64,000 bases of DNA from Candidatus Eiseniibacteriota bacterium (lineage in GTDB: Bacteria > Eisenbacteria > RBG-16-71-46), in NCBI GenBank assembly GCA_963725865.1, contig CAVSAC010000012.1:512001-576000 (forward strand). Direction: 5' to 3'. Under the pieces are notes generated by a model. That model made no database searches, had not been told where the DNA came from, and saw only the letters and a list, made by a program, of their open reading frames with translations. Positions 1 through 9,350 of the stretch are shown here, in pieces. Made by a program: the position numbers and the translations under genes. How positions within the stretch are numbered: the first letter of the stretch is position 1; each line of letters begins with the position of its first letter.

Positions 1-855
1 CCGGGCGAACTTGGTAACCGCGTACATTCTGATGAGGTTCCCGAACACGGGCAACCGGAACTTCGCCCGGTCCACCGCCAGGCGGCCGGGCTCGGTCTGG
101 GCCCAGTACCACAGCGCGACCCCGGCGATCAGGGTCAAGGGCGCCACCAGCAACAGGTTGTCCGTGATCAAGCGGCTCGCGCCCAGCAGCACCCGGGTGG
201 GCAGCGGCAGGGGGACCCGGAACCGGTCGTAGATGCTCGCGAACATCGGGATGATCTTCAGCAGCATGGCCAGCAGCACGACCCCGGCGAACGTCAGCAC
301 GAACGTGGGGTAGCGAAGCGCCGCCTCCACCTTGAGCCGCAGGGCCTCGGCCTTCTCGAAATAGGTCGCGGTCTGGTCGAGGATGCTGTCGAGCGTGCCG
401 CTCACCTCACCGGTGTTCACCAGGCTCACGAACACCTCGTCGAACGCCTCGGGGTGGCGCCCGAGCGCGGTCGAGAGCGACTCGCCCTTCTGCACCTCGT
501 CGGCCACCTGCCCGATCAACGTCGCCAGCCGGCGGTCGTAGTGATCGCGGCTGATCGAACGCAGCGAGCGCACCAGCGGCAGCCCGGCGCCGATCATGGT
601 CGAGAGCTGGCGCGCGAACAATGCGACCGAGCCCGGCTGGATGCGGGCGCGCATGCGCACGAACGCTTCGGCGAACGGGCGCAGCACCTCGGCGCGCGCC
701 GCCCGCGCTCCGGAGGGCGCGCGCGACTCGATGTAGATCGGCACCAGGTGGGCGTGCTCGAGGATGCGCAACACCTCCTCCTCGGAGGCTGCGACCTCGA
801 CGCCTTCGTGCGGCCGCCCGTTGGCATCACGGGCTCGGTAGAAATAGGAGGGCAT
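1..855 (-). CDS. pilC: Type IV pilus inner-membrane platform protein (T2SS F family), runs off the window edge
   Basis: Manual translation from ATG at 855: MPSYFYRARDANGRPHEGVEVAASEEEVLRILE...FARQLSTMIGAGLPLVRSL...GEVSGTLDSILDQTATYFEK...ALRYPTFV. Lies directly downstream of pilB and is absent from the ORF track. Confidence 0.9.
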   Translation of the reverse strand, partial: MPSYFYRARDANGRPHEGVEVAASEEEVLRILEHAHLVPIYIESRAPSGARAARAEVLRPFAEAFVRMRARIQPGSVALFARQLSTMIGAGLPLVRSLRSISRDHYDRRLATLIGQVADEVQKGESLSTALGRHPEAFDEVFVSLVNTGEVSGTLDSILDQTATYFEKAEALRLKVEAALRYPTFVLTFAGVVLLAMLLKIIPMFASIYDRFRVPLPLPTRVLLGASRLITDNLLLVAPLTLIAGVALWYWAQTEPGRLAVDRAKFRLPVFGNLIRMYAVTKFAR

Positions 856-861
856 GTCGCC

Positions 862-2586
862 TTACGCGTCGTCGGCGAGGGTCGCGGCGCGCACCTCGTC
901 GATCGTGGTGACTCCGTCGAGGATCTTGCGGATACCGCTCTTGCGGAGCGTCATCAGCCCCTCGGCCATCGCCTTCAGCTTGATCTGGTCCTCGGTCAGC
1001 CCGTCCAGCACCATGCGCCGGATCGGCTTGTGCAGCTCCATCACCTCGAACACCGCGGTGCGGCCGGAGTAGCCGGTCTGCTTGCACGCGATGCACCCGC
1101 GCCCGCGCGCGAGCGGACGGCCCTTGAGCAGCGTGGCGTCCTCGCCCATCACGGCGAGCTGCTCGGGATCGGGGATCACCGTCTCGCGGCACCGATCGCA
1201 CACGCGGCGTACGAGGCGCTGCGCCATCACGAGTGTCACCGCCGAGCCCACCAGGTAGCGCGGCACGCCCATGTCGACGAGCCGCGTCACGGTGCCGGCG
1301 GCGTCGTTGGCGTGCACGGTCGAGAGCACCAGGTGGCCGGTGAGCGCGCTCTTGACCGCGATGTCGGCGGTCTCGGCGTCGCGGATCTCGCCGATCATGA
1401 TCACGTCCGGGTCCTGGCGCAGGATCGAGCGCAGCGCGCGCGCGAACGTCATCCCGACCTTGTGGTTCGCGTGGACCTGGTTGACCGCCTCGATGTGGTA
1501 CTCGATCGGGTCCTCGACCGTGACCAGATTCTTGTGGACGCTCTTGATCTCGTTGAGCGCCGCGTAGAGCGTCGTGGTCTTGCCGCTTCCGGTCGGGCCC
1601 GAGATCAGGATCATGCCGTAGGGCTGGCGGATGGCGCGCTGGAACGCGTCGAGCGCGCCGCCCTCGAGACCCAGGTTGGCGACCACGCGACTGAACGCGC
1701 CCTTGTCGAACAGACGCAGCACCACCTTCTCGCCGAAGGCGGTCGGCAGCGTCGAGACGCGGATGTCGACCTCGCGGTCGGGCAGGTGCACCGTGAGGCG
1801 CCCGTCCTGCGGCAGCAGGCGCACGGCGATGTCGAGGTCGGCGAGCACCTTGATACGCGACGTGATCGCCATCTGCAGGTGCTTCGGCGGCTTCATGGTC
1901 TCGTGCAGCACGCCGTCGATGCGGAAGCGCACGGTGATGCGGTCGCGCAGCGGCTCGACGTGGATGTCGCTCGCCCGCGAGTCGATCGCCTCGGCCAGCA
2001 TGAGGTTGACCAGCCGCACGACCGGGGCGTCCTCGACCTGCTGGCGCAGGGTGGCGAGGTCGACGTCCTCGTCGCCCTCGCCGGACGCCGTGAGGTCGAG
2101 CTTGTCGAGGATCTCGCCGACCTTCTCGGTGGCGCGGATCTCCTGGTAGAACTCCTCGACCGCCTCGTGCACCTCGCTTGGCTTGGCGATCAGCACCTTG
2201 AGCGTGCACCCGGTGATGGCCCGCAGGTGGTCGAGCGACACCACGTCGAGCGGATCGCCGACCGCGACCACCAGCGTGTCGCCTTCGCGATTGAGCGCGA
2301 GCAGGTTCGCCTGGCGCGCGAGGTGCTCGGGGATCAGCTGCACCGCGCTCGGCTCGGCCTTCGACAGCATGTCGGCGCCGGCCACCGCGAGCGAGAACTG
2401 CTCGCCGAGGAAGCGGACCACGTCTTCCTCGGTCAGGATGCCGAGCCGCACCAGCGTCTGGCCGAGCCGCTCGCGCGGGTCGGAGCGGGCGTGGAGCACC
2501 TGCTCGAGCTGGTCCGCGGTGAGCCGCCCGCGGTCCACCAGCAGCTCGCCGAAGCGGCGCGTCGAGAGCCGGAAGGACTGGGTCAT
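862..2586 (-). CDS. pilB: Type IV pilus assembly ATPase (GspE/PilB) with N-terminal MshEN domain
   Basis: Walker A GPTGSGKTT, TVEDPIEY, LRQDPDVIMIGEIRD, His box ALTGHLVLSTVH and Zn motif CDRC...CIAC. Confidence 0.93.
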   Translation of the reverse strand: MTQSFRLSTRRFGELLVDRGRLTADQLEQVLHARSDPRERLGQTLVRLGILTEEDVVRFLGEQFSLAVAGADMLSKAEPSAVQLIPEHLARQANLLALNREGDTLVVAVGDPLDVVSLDHLRAITGCTLKVLIAKPSEVHEAVEEFYQEIRATEKVGEILDKLDLTASGEGDEDVDLATLRQQVEDAPVVRLVNLMLAEAIDSRASDIHVEPLRDRITVRFRIDGVLHETMKPPKHLQMAITSRIKVLADLDIAVRLLPQDGRLTVHLPDREVDIRVSTLPTAFGEKVVLRLFDKGAFSRVVANLGLEGGALDAFQRAIRQPYGMILISGPTGSGKTTTLYAALNEIKSVHKNLVTVEDPIEYHIEAVNQVHANHKVGMTFARALRSILRQDPDVIMIGEIRDAETADIAVKSALTGHLVLSTVHANDAAGTVTRLVDMGVPRYLVGSAVTLVMAQRLVRRVCDRCRETVIPDPEQLAVMGEDATLLKGRPLARGRGCIACKQTGYSGRTAVFEVMELHKPIRRMVLDGLTEDQIKLKAMAEGLMTLRKSGIRKILDGVTTIDEVRAATLADDA

Positions 2587-3710
2587 CGACCGCCCTCCGC
2601 CGAGCGCACCGGCAGCGGCGCGATCCGATAGGCGCGCCGCTGCACCGCCGCGCGCTTCTCCGAGTCGTCGAAGTACGGGTGCGCGGTCTCGAACGCCACG
2701 AGGCCGCGGTCCACCAACTCGGTGAGCGAGTCGTCGAGCGTGACCATGTCGTCCTTGAGGCTGGTCGCGATCACGTTCTGCACCTGGTGGATCTTGTCCT
2801 CGCGGATCAGGTTCGCGATCGGCTGGCTCACGAACATCACCTCGCGCGCCGCCACGCGCCCCTTGCCGTCCGCGCGCGGGAGCAGCACCTGCGAGATGAC
2901 CGCGCGCAGCGTGAGCGACAATTGCGAGCGCACCTGCGACTGCTGGTGGGGCGGGAACGCGTCGATGATGCGCGTCACGGTCTGCGAGGCCGACTGCGTG
3001 GCCATCGTCGAGATCACGAGGTTGCCGGTCTCAGCCGCGGTCAGGGCGATCGCCATGCTGGTGAGGTCGCGCATCTCGCCCACGAAGATGATGTGCGGCA
3101 ACTGGCGCAGCGCGCCGCGCAGGCCGCGCGCGTACGAGCGAGTGTCGGTGCCCACCTCGCGCTGGTCGATGACCGCGTTCTTGGCCTCGAACATGAACTC
3201 GATCGGATCCTCGACGGTCACGATGTGCCGGCGCGCTCCGCCCTGGTTCACCTGCTCGAGCAGCGAGGCGATGGTGGTGGACTTGCCGGCTCCGGTCGGA
3301 CCGGTGACCAGCACCAGGCCGCGCGTCAACGCGAGCACGCGGTTGACCACGTGCGCCGCGAGCCCCAGCTCCGCCGGCAGCGGGATGCGCATCGGCACGA
3401 TGCGCAGCGCCGCGCCCCAGTGGCCGCGCTGGATGAACAGGTTGACGCGGAAGTGCGCAAGCCCCGGCAGCACGTAGCGGGTGTCCAGCTCGAGGTCGCG
3501 CAGGAAGCGCTCATGCAGGGCGGGGGTGAGGAACGACTCCCCGAGGCGACGCGCGTCGACCGGCGTGAGCACCGCCGAGCCGGGCATCGGCTGCAGCGCG
3601 CCCGCGACCGTCATCATGACCGGGTGACCCGCGGTCAGGATGAGGTCCGACGCGCCGAGTTCGACCGCCCGGCGCAGGATCGCATCGCGTTCGAGAGGAA
3701 GCCCGCTCAT
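2583..3710 (-). CDS. pilT: PilT/PilU-family retraction ATPase with degenerate His box
   Basis: GPTGAGKST, TVEDPIEF, VGEMRD, IANLIRE (AIRNLIRE-like); 4-bp overlap with pilB. Confidence 0.85.
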   Translation of the reverse strand: MSGLPLERDAILRRAVELGASDLILTAGHPVMMTVAGALQPMPGSAVLTPVDARRLGESFLTPALHERFLRDLELDTRYVLPGLAHFRVNLFIQRGHWGAALRIVPMRIPLPAELGLAAHVVNRVLALTRGLVLVTGPTGAGKSTTIASLLEQVNQGGARRHIVTVEDPIEFMFEAKNAVIDQREVGTDTRSYARGLRGALRQLPHIIFVGEMRDLTSMAIALTAAETGNLVISTMATQSASQTVTRIIDAFPPHQQSQVRSQLSLTLRAVISQVLLPRADGKGRVAAREVMFVSQPIANLIREDKIHQVQNVIATSLKDDMVTLDDSLTELVDRGLVAFETAHPYFDDSEKRAAVQRRAYRIAPLPVRSAEGGR

Positions 3711-3899
3711 CCGAGGTCCTGCCTGCCTGAGGGAGAGGATGAAGGCCGGCCGCGCAGTACGGAGGGCCCCTTCGGGTTATCGGCCACCCCATCGGCCACA
3801 CTTCAGTCGACCCGATCCCCGCACCCCCGGCGGCGAGGATCGCCGACAGGCACTTCGCATCACCGGCTGGGGAACCGGTGCACGCGAATCAAGGGGCGG

Positions 3900-3928
3900 A
3901 GTCTAGGGGGGGCCGTCGCGGGTGTCAA
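3900..3928 (-). promoter_or_regulatory. Sigma-70-type promoter for pilT-pilB-pilC
   Basis: Minus strand reads TTGACA-N17-TAGACT. Confidence 0.65.
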
Positions 3929-4200
3929 CGGGCGCGGTGAAAGCGCTTTCATCCCCGGCTCGCGAGGTTGCGGCGACCGCTGGACCGCCGCGTCCGGCGT
4001 CCGACGCGAGCACCGGGTCCGCGGGTCCTCCGCCCCGCGACGCATTGCAGTCCTGCGGTGCCCGCGTTGCGAATCGCGCGCGTTCTGCCGCCCGCCGGCA
4101 GTCGCTGCGTCGTCTGCCCCTGCCGTTCTCTGTCGCCAGACCGCGCGTTGCGCACGAGTTAGCGAGGCCCGCCGCATCTCCTGACGCCCCAAGCCCTGCG

Positions 4201-4216
4201 GGGCATGCTTCGTGCT
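4201..4216 (+). promoter_or_regulatory. Possible sigma-54 -24/-12 promoter for the FN3 operon
   Basis: GGGCATGCTTCGTGCT gives GG-N10-GC, an imperfect match to TGGCAC-N5-TTGC. Confidence 0.3.
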
Positions 4217-4395
4217 GCGCGGAGGCCGCGGCTCGTTCAAGTGGGATGCAGCCGACGTGACCGGTACGCGTCGCAGGCGCACCGGCCGCCCCCTCGGCGC
4301 CGCATGCTGCACCTTGGCTCGGAGTACAGCGGTGTCCGTGTGTGCACGCGGGTCCGGAACCCGTGCGCCGCCACACGGTGGGTCGGAGGGACGTC

Positions 4396-5199
4396 ATGAA
4401 AGTGCGCACGATTTTGCTCGTGGCCCTGGCCATGGGATGGATGGGAGTGGCGAACGTGCAGGCGCAGGTCACCCACAACAGCGTGACGTTGAACTGGACG
4501 ACCCCCGGTGACGACAGCCTGGTCGGCACCGCGGCCCAATTCGACATCCGCTACTCGACCAGTGCGATCACCGCCGCGAATTTCGCGGGCGCGACGCAGG
4601 CCACCGGCGAGCCCGCGCCCACCGCGCCGGGGACCCGGCAGACTTTCACGGTCACGAATCTCTCGGCGAACACGCAGTACTGGTTCGCGATCAAGACCGC
4701 CGACGAGGTGCCGAACTGGGCGGGGATCTCGAACGTGATCACGCGCACGACGCTCGCGGCGCCCGACCTGACGCGCCCCGCGGCGCTGGCGATCGTGGCC
4801 GGCAGCGCGACCGACTCCACGGTGACGCTCAACTGGACGGCGGTCGGCGACGACAGCCTCACGGGTACGGCGGCCTCGTACGACTTCCGCTACTCGACCA
4901 CCGCGATCACCGCCGCGAACTTCGCGAGCGCGACGCAGGTCACCGGCGAGCCCACGCCGGCCGTCGCGGGCACCGCGCAGTCGATGGTGGTGCGCGGGCT
5001 GAATCGCCAGGTGACGTACTGGTTCGCCGCCAAGGCCGTCGACGACGCCGGCAACCCGTCGGCGATCTCGAACGTCCCGAACGTCACGACGCCCGACTCG
5101 CTGGCGCCGGCGGCGATCCAGGACCTCGCGGCCTCCTTCGTGTGGTTCGGTTGGAACGCGGCCATGGACGTGCCGCGCCGCACGCGGGTGCGCGCATGA
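4396..5199 (+). CDS. Secreted protein with two fibronectin type III domains
   Basis: SD GGAGGG then ATG at 4396; signal peptide MKVRTILLVALAMGWMGVANVQA; two repeats of SVTLNWT..GDD...YWFA.K..D. Confidence 0.85.
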   Translation: MKVRTILLVALAMGWMGVANVQAQVTHNSVTLNWTTPGDDSLVGTAAQFDIRYSTSAITAANFAGATQATGEPAPTAPGTRQTFTVTNLSANTQYWFAIKTADEVPNWAGISNVITRTTLAAPDLTRPAALAIVAGSATDSTVTLNWTAVGDDSLTGTAASYDFRYSTTAITAANFASATQVTGEPTPAVAGTAQSMVVRGLNRQVTYWFAAKAVDDAGNPSAISNVPNVTTPDSLAPAAIQDLAASFVWFGWNAAMDVPRRTRVRA

Positions 5200-6212
5200 C
5201 GTCGCGCACCCGCACCCGGGGCCGCCACGGCCAGCGCGGGACGCTGCTGTGGGTCGTCGCGCTCGTCGGCCTGGCATTGCTGCTGCTGGCGCCGGTGTTC
5301 GCGCACGCTCAGGGGGCGGGAGCGGACTCCTTGACGCTGTCGTGGACCTCGCCGGGCGACGACGGTGCGATCGGCACCGCCGCTGCCTACGAGGTGCGCA
5401 TGTCCACCTCGGCGATCACGTCCGGGAACTACTCGGGCGCGACGCTCGTCACCGGGGCGCCCACACCGCGGGCGGCGGGCACGCTCCAGAGCGTCAAGGT
5501 GCGCGGGCTCACGCGCGGCACCACCTACTGGTTCGCCATCAAGACGCGCGACGACGCGAACAACTGGTCGGGGATCTCGAACGTGGTCCAGTTCGACTGG
5601 ACCTTCGACACCGCCCCGCCGGCGGCGCCCACCGGCACCGTGGCCGCGATCCAGGGCGGGAACGTGAACGTGACCTGGAACGCGAACAGCGAGAGCGACC
5701 TCGGAGGCTACCGGGTCTATCGCGCGACCAGTGCCGCCGGGCCGTGGAGCCTGATCAGCGGCGGCACGATCGCCGCGACGAGCTGGCTGGACACGGCGGT
5801 CCCGATCGGCGCCACGTCGCTCTACTACGCGATCACCGCGCTCGACGTGAGCGCCAACGAGAGCGCGCGCGGCGCGGCGGCCCACGTGACCTTCACGGTG
5901 CCGCCCGGCAACGGCGCGCCCACCGCGTGGGAGGTCGAGACCGGCTATCCCAACCCCAGCCACAGCGGCACGTCCGTCACCATCCCGGTGGCGGTGCCCG
6001 CGAGCGGGGCCGGGGACGCGCGGCTCGAGATCGTGGACGGTGCAGGCCGGTGCATCCGGCGGCTCGCCCTCAGCGCGCTGGCACCCGGTCGACGCAGCGT
6101 GACATGGGATGGAAGGAGCGACATGGGGCGTGAAGTCGCCCCCGGTCCGTACACGGCGTGGCTGGTCGCGGGCGACTCGCGGCAGCACGTCCGACTGGTG
6201 CGCGTGCCATGA
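5196..6212 (+). CDS. Secreted FN3-domain protein with C-terminal FlgD-Ig/T9SS-CTD-like domain
   Basis: ATGA overlap with upstream gene; signal peptide ending AHA; FN3 repeats; C-terminus YPNP...IVDGAGRCIRRL...VTWDGRSDMGREVAPGPY...LVRVP. Confidence 0.85.
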   Translation: MTSRTRTRGRHGQRGTLLWVVALVGLALLLLAPVFAHAQGAGADSLTLSWTSPGDDGAIGTAAAYEVRMSTSAITSGNYSGATLVTGAPTPRAAGTLQSVKVRGLTRGTTYWFAIKTRDDANNWSGISNVVQFDWTFDTAPPAAPTGTVAAIQGGNVNVTWNANSESDLGGYRVYRATSAAGPWSLISGGTIAATSWLDTAVPIGATSLYYAITALDVSANESARGAAAHVTFTVPPGNGAPTAWEVETGYPNPSHSGTSVTIPVAVPASGAGDARLEIVDGAGRCIRRLALSALAPGRRSVTWDGRSDMGREVAPGPYTAWLVAGDSRQHVRLVRVP

Positions 6213-8036
6213 GGGCGACGACGATGATCAAGCGGATGGCGGCAATGGTGTGCGTGCTGGCGCTCGTGGGCATCGCTCCGGTGCACGCGTCGATCGATGC
6301 GGCCGGGACCACGGCGGGCAACTTCCTCTCCGTCGGCGCCGGCGCGAGCGCGCTCGGCATGGCCGGGGCGACCCTCGCCCTGCCGATGGGGATCATTGGC
6401 TCGGCCTGGAATCCCGCCGCGCTCGCGCGGCTCGACGAGACCGAGCTGGCGTTCTCGCACGCCGGACTCGAGAACCAGACGTCGCAGGAGTGGGTCGCGG
6501 TCGGAGGGCGCTTCGCGAACACCTCGACGCACTGGGCGGTGTCCGGCCTCTACAACGGGCAGGGCTCGTTCGAGGGGCGCGACGCGACCGGGCTGTCGAC
6601 CGGCTCGTTCGGCGTCACCGACATGGCGCTCGGCGTCCACGTCGCGCGGCAATTCGGCCCCGTGGTCAGCGCGGGTCTCGGCGCCAAGTACGTGAGCGAG
6701 GTGCTCGATGCGGTGTCGGGCTCCGGCCTCACGTTCGACGGCGGCGTCCAGGTGCGCGCGGGCATGGCCGGCCTCGGCATCGCCGCTCAGAATCTCGGCG
6801 GCCGGATGAACTACGGCGGCGCGTCGTTCCCGCTGCCCACCAACTACGGCGTCGGCGCCGCGCTCGACCTGCCGAGCGGCATGCGGCTGGCGCTCGACGC
6901 GAACTTCCCGAAGGCGTACTACAACGACGTGCGTGCCGGTGTCGAGTGGCGCTATCACGGCGTGCTCGCCCTGCGCGCCGGCTACCGCAAGGAACTCGCG
7001 GCGGCGTCGGACGACCGCCTCACGGGCCCCACGTTCGGCCTCGGCGGCGGCGTGGGCTCGATGTGGTTCGACTACGGCTACATCATCCCGGGCCAGGGCG
7101 ACGGTGAGCACCGCTTCGGCCTGACCATGCACCCCGGCGCGATGCGCGCGATCATGCGCCCGATGGCCGACGGCAAGCCGGCCGAGTCCGCACCGGTCGC
7201 CGCGCAGACGCCCGCGGAGAAGCCCGCGAAGCCGGCGAAGGCGTCCAAGGCCGCGAAGACGCCGCCGGCGGACACGACTCCGCTCGCCACCACCGCGCCG
7301 GCCAAGCCCGCGAAGCACGCGAAGTCCCAGGGTGCCGCCGCCTCGGGTCTGCTGAGCGCGGCGGAAGCCGCGGCGCTGGCCCCGTCGACGCCCAAGCCGT
7401 CGGTTCCCGCGCCGGTCGCGGTCACGCCTCCGCGCGCCGTGCCGGCTCCGGCCGCCGCGAACACCCCCGCGCCGGTCGCCGTGACGCCGCAACCCGTGAC
7501 CCCCGCGCCGGCCGCGGTCAGTCCGACACCCAGGAGCGCTCCGGTCGCGGTCAGCCCGACTTCCAAGAGCGCGCCGGTCGCGGTCGCTCCGGCGCCCAAG
7601 CCGGCGGCCCCCAGCGTTCCCGCCGCGGCCAGCCAGGTGGCGAGTGCCCTCGTGCCGGTCGCGGCTCCGCGGACGATCAAGCCGACGGCGCCCGCGCCGA
7701 CGGCCGTGCAGCAGCCGCTCGAGGCTCCCAAGCCGGCGCTGCCGCAGCCGGCCGAGACCGCGCCCGCGCCGCTGCCCGCCCCCGTGGCGGTGGTGCCGGC
7801 CGCGAAGCCCGCGGCGGTGACCGTGTCAGTCCACGCCGCGGCTTACGCCGGCGACCACGCCGGCCGTGGCGCCGGTCGTGATCCAGCGCCCGGACAAGGT
7901 GAAGGTGCGCTCGGGCGAGACCCTCGATTCGATCGCCAAGCAGTGGGGCACGAGCAAGGCCGCGATCATGATGGAGAACAACATGGTCACCGACAGGGTC
8001 AGGCCAGGCCAGACGCTCAAGATGCCCAAGAAGTAG
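6209..8036 (+). CDS. PorV/PorQ-like outer-membrane beta-barrel, Pro/Ala-rich linker and LysM domain; +1 frameshift at about 7820-7865
   Basis: N-terminus FLSVGAGASALGMAGA...WNPAAL is typical of PorV/FadL-like barrels. The +1 frame gives KVRSGETLDSIAKQWGTSKAAIMMENNMVTDRVRPGQTLKMPKK, ending at TAG 8034-8036. Confidence 0.75.
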
Positions 8037-8186
8037 TTCGGACGCCGCCACGGAAGGCGGAGCAAGCGCGAGCCCGGTGCCCAGAGCCGGGCTCGTCGCG
8101 TTGGGGGCGCGGCGTGGCTCGCGCCCGATCGCGCGGCCGGCCGTCCCACGCCGCGCGCCGGCGGAACGCCAGCGCGGCGCGGCGCG

Positions 8187-9287
8187 CTAGAGCGGGAACG
8201 CGCCCTCGACGCGCTGGCCCTCGCCCATCGCCACCGCGTAACGGCGCTGCTCTTCGAGGTGCGGCGGCACCTGGGCGTAGACGTCGGCGAACAGGCTCTC
8301 GATCGGCGGCGGTCCGAGCGCCTCGGCCGCGGTGATCGCCGCCGAGATCTCGTCGTTGATCGCGGTGGTCCAGCCCGCGAGGTCGACGTCGGACAGCAGA
8401 CCCGCGCCGCGCAGGTGAGCCTCGAAGCGCCGTAGCGGGTCGCGGGCCTCCCAGTACTTCACGGTCTCGGGGTCGCGGTAGCGGGTGGGATCGTCGCTCG
8501 AGGAGTGCCCGCCCATGCGGAACGTCAGCGCCTCGACCAGCGTCGGCCCGCCGCCCGAGCGCGCGCGCGCGACCGCCTCGCGCATCACGGTGATCACCGC
8601 GAGTAGGTCGTTGCCGTCCACCCGCACGCCCGGCATGCCGTACGCGACCGACTTGATGGCGATGCTGCTCGAGCGCGTCTGCTTCTCGACCGGCACCGAG
8701 ATCGCCCACTGATTGTTCTGGCAGAAGAACACGCACGGCACCTGCCACACGGCGGCGAAGTTCAACGCGGCGTGGAAGTCGCCGATCGAGGTGCCGCCGT
8801 CGCCGATGTAGCCCACGCACACCTCGTCGCGGCCCTGGAGCTTGGCGGCGTACGCGGCGCCCACCGCGTGCGGGAGCTGGGTGCCGATCACGCTCGACCA
8901 CGCCACCGAGTGGACCTTGCGATCGCTGAAGTGCATCGGCATCTGGCGTCCGAGCAGCACGTCGCCCGAGTTGCCGATCAGCTGGCAGACCAGCTCCTGC
9001 ACGGTGGTGCCGCGCCACAGGCACACGCCGGTCTCGCGCAGCGCGTGGAACACCCAGTCGGTGTCGCGCAGCGCGAACGCCGAGCCGGTGACGGCGGCTT
9101 CCTGGCCGGTGACCATGCCGTAGAAGCCGATGCGCCCCTGCCGCTGCAGCGAGAGCATGCGCTGATCGATCAGCCGCATGCGCACCATGTGCCGGTGGAG
9201 CCGGCGCAGGTCGTCGGCCGACACGTCGGGCAGCGGGCCGACCGCGTGGCCGTCGGGATCGAGGATCTGGAGCGGAGTCTCGCTCAT
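8187..9287 (-). CDS. pdhA: 2-oxoacid (pyruvate or branched-chain) dehydrogenase E1 alpha subunit
   Basis: LQRQGRIGFY, TPP motif GDGGTS...CQNN, GHSSSDDPTRYR. Confidence 0.88.
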   Translation of the reverse strand: MSETPLQILDPDGHAVGPLPDVSADDLRRLHRHMVRMRLIDQRMLSLQRQGRIGFYGMVTGQEAAVTGSAFALRDTDWVFHALRETGVCLWRGTTVQELVCQLIGNSGDVLLGRQMPMHFSDRKVHSVAWSSVIGTQLPHAVGAAYAAKLQGRDEVCVGYIGDGGTSIGDFHAALNFAAVWQVPCVFFCQNNQWAISVPVEKQTRSSSIAIKSVAYGMPGVRVDGNDLLAVITVMREAVARARSGGGPTLVEALTFRMGGHSSSDDPTRYRDPETVKYWEARDPLRRFEAHLRGAGLLSDVDLAGWTTAINDEISAAITAAEALGPPPIESLFADVYAQVPPHLEEQRRYAVAMGEGQRVEGAFPL

Positions 9288-9350
9288 GGGGTGCGTCTCT
9301 CCGGTCGCGGGTGGGCGGACCGCGGCGCGGGGCCGCGGCCCGTCACGAGG

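Noticed and set aside
454..2631. 725-aa plus-strand ORF, and similar long antisense ORFs such as 8772..11924, 14635..17403, 23324..25903 and 49286..52489
   Set aside because: Shadow ORFs opposite well-supported genes; Arg/Ala/His-rich with no motifs, as expected in very GC-rich DNA.
7140..7820. Repeat-like DNA in the Pro/Ala linker (also the E2 linker and the MacA Gly-rich insert)
   Set aside because: Explained by low-complexity protein coding rather than an independent DNA repeat element.
7830..8335. C-terminal part of the 6158..8335 ORF as translated in the track
   Set aside because: Low-complexity junk that overlaps pdhA; the +1 frame encodes a clear LysM domain instead.
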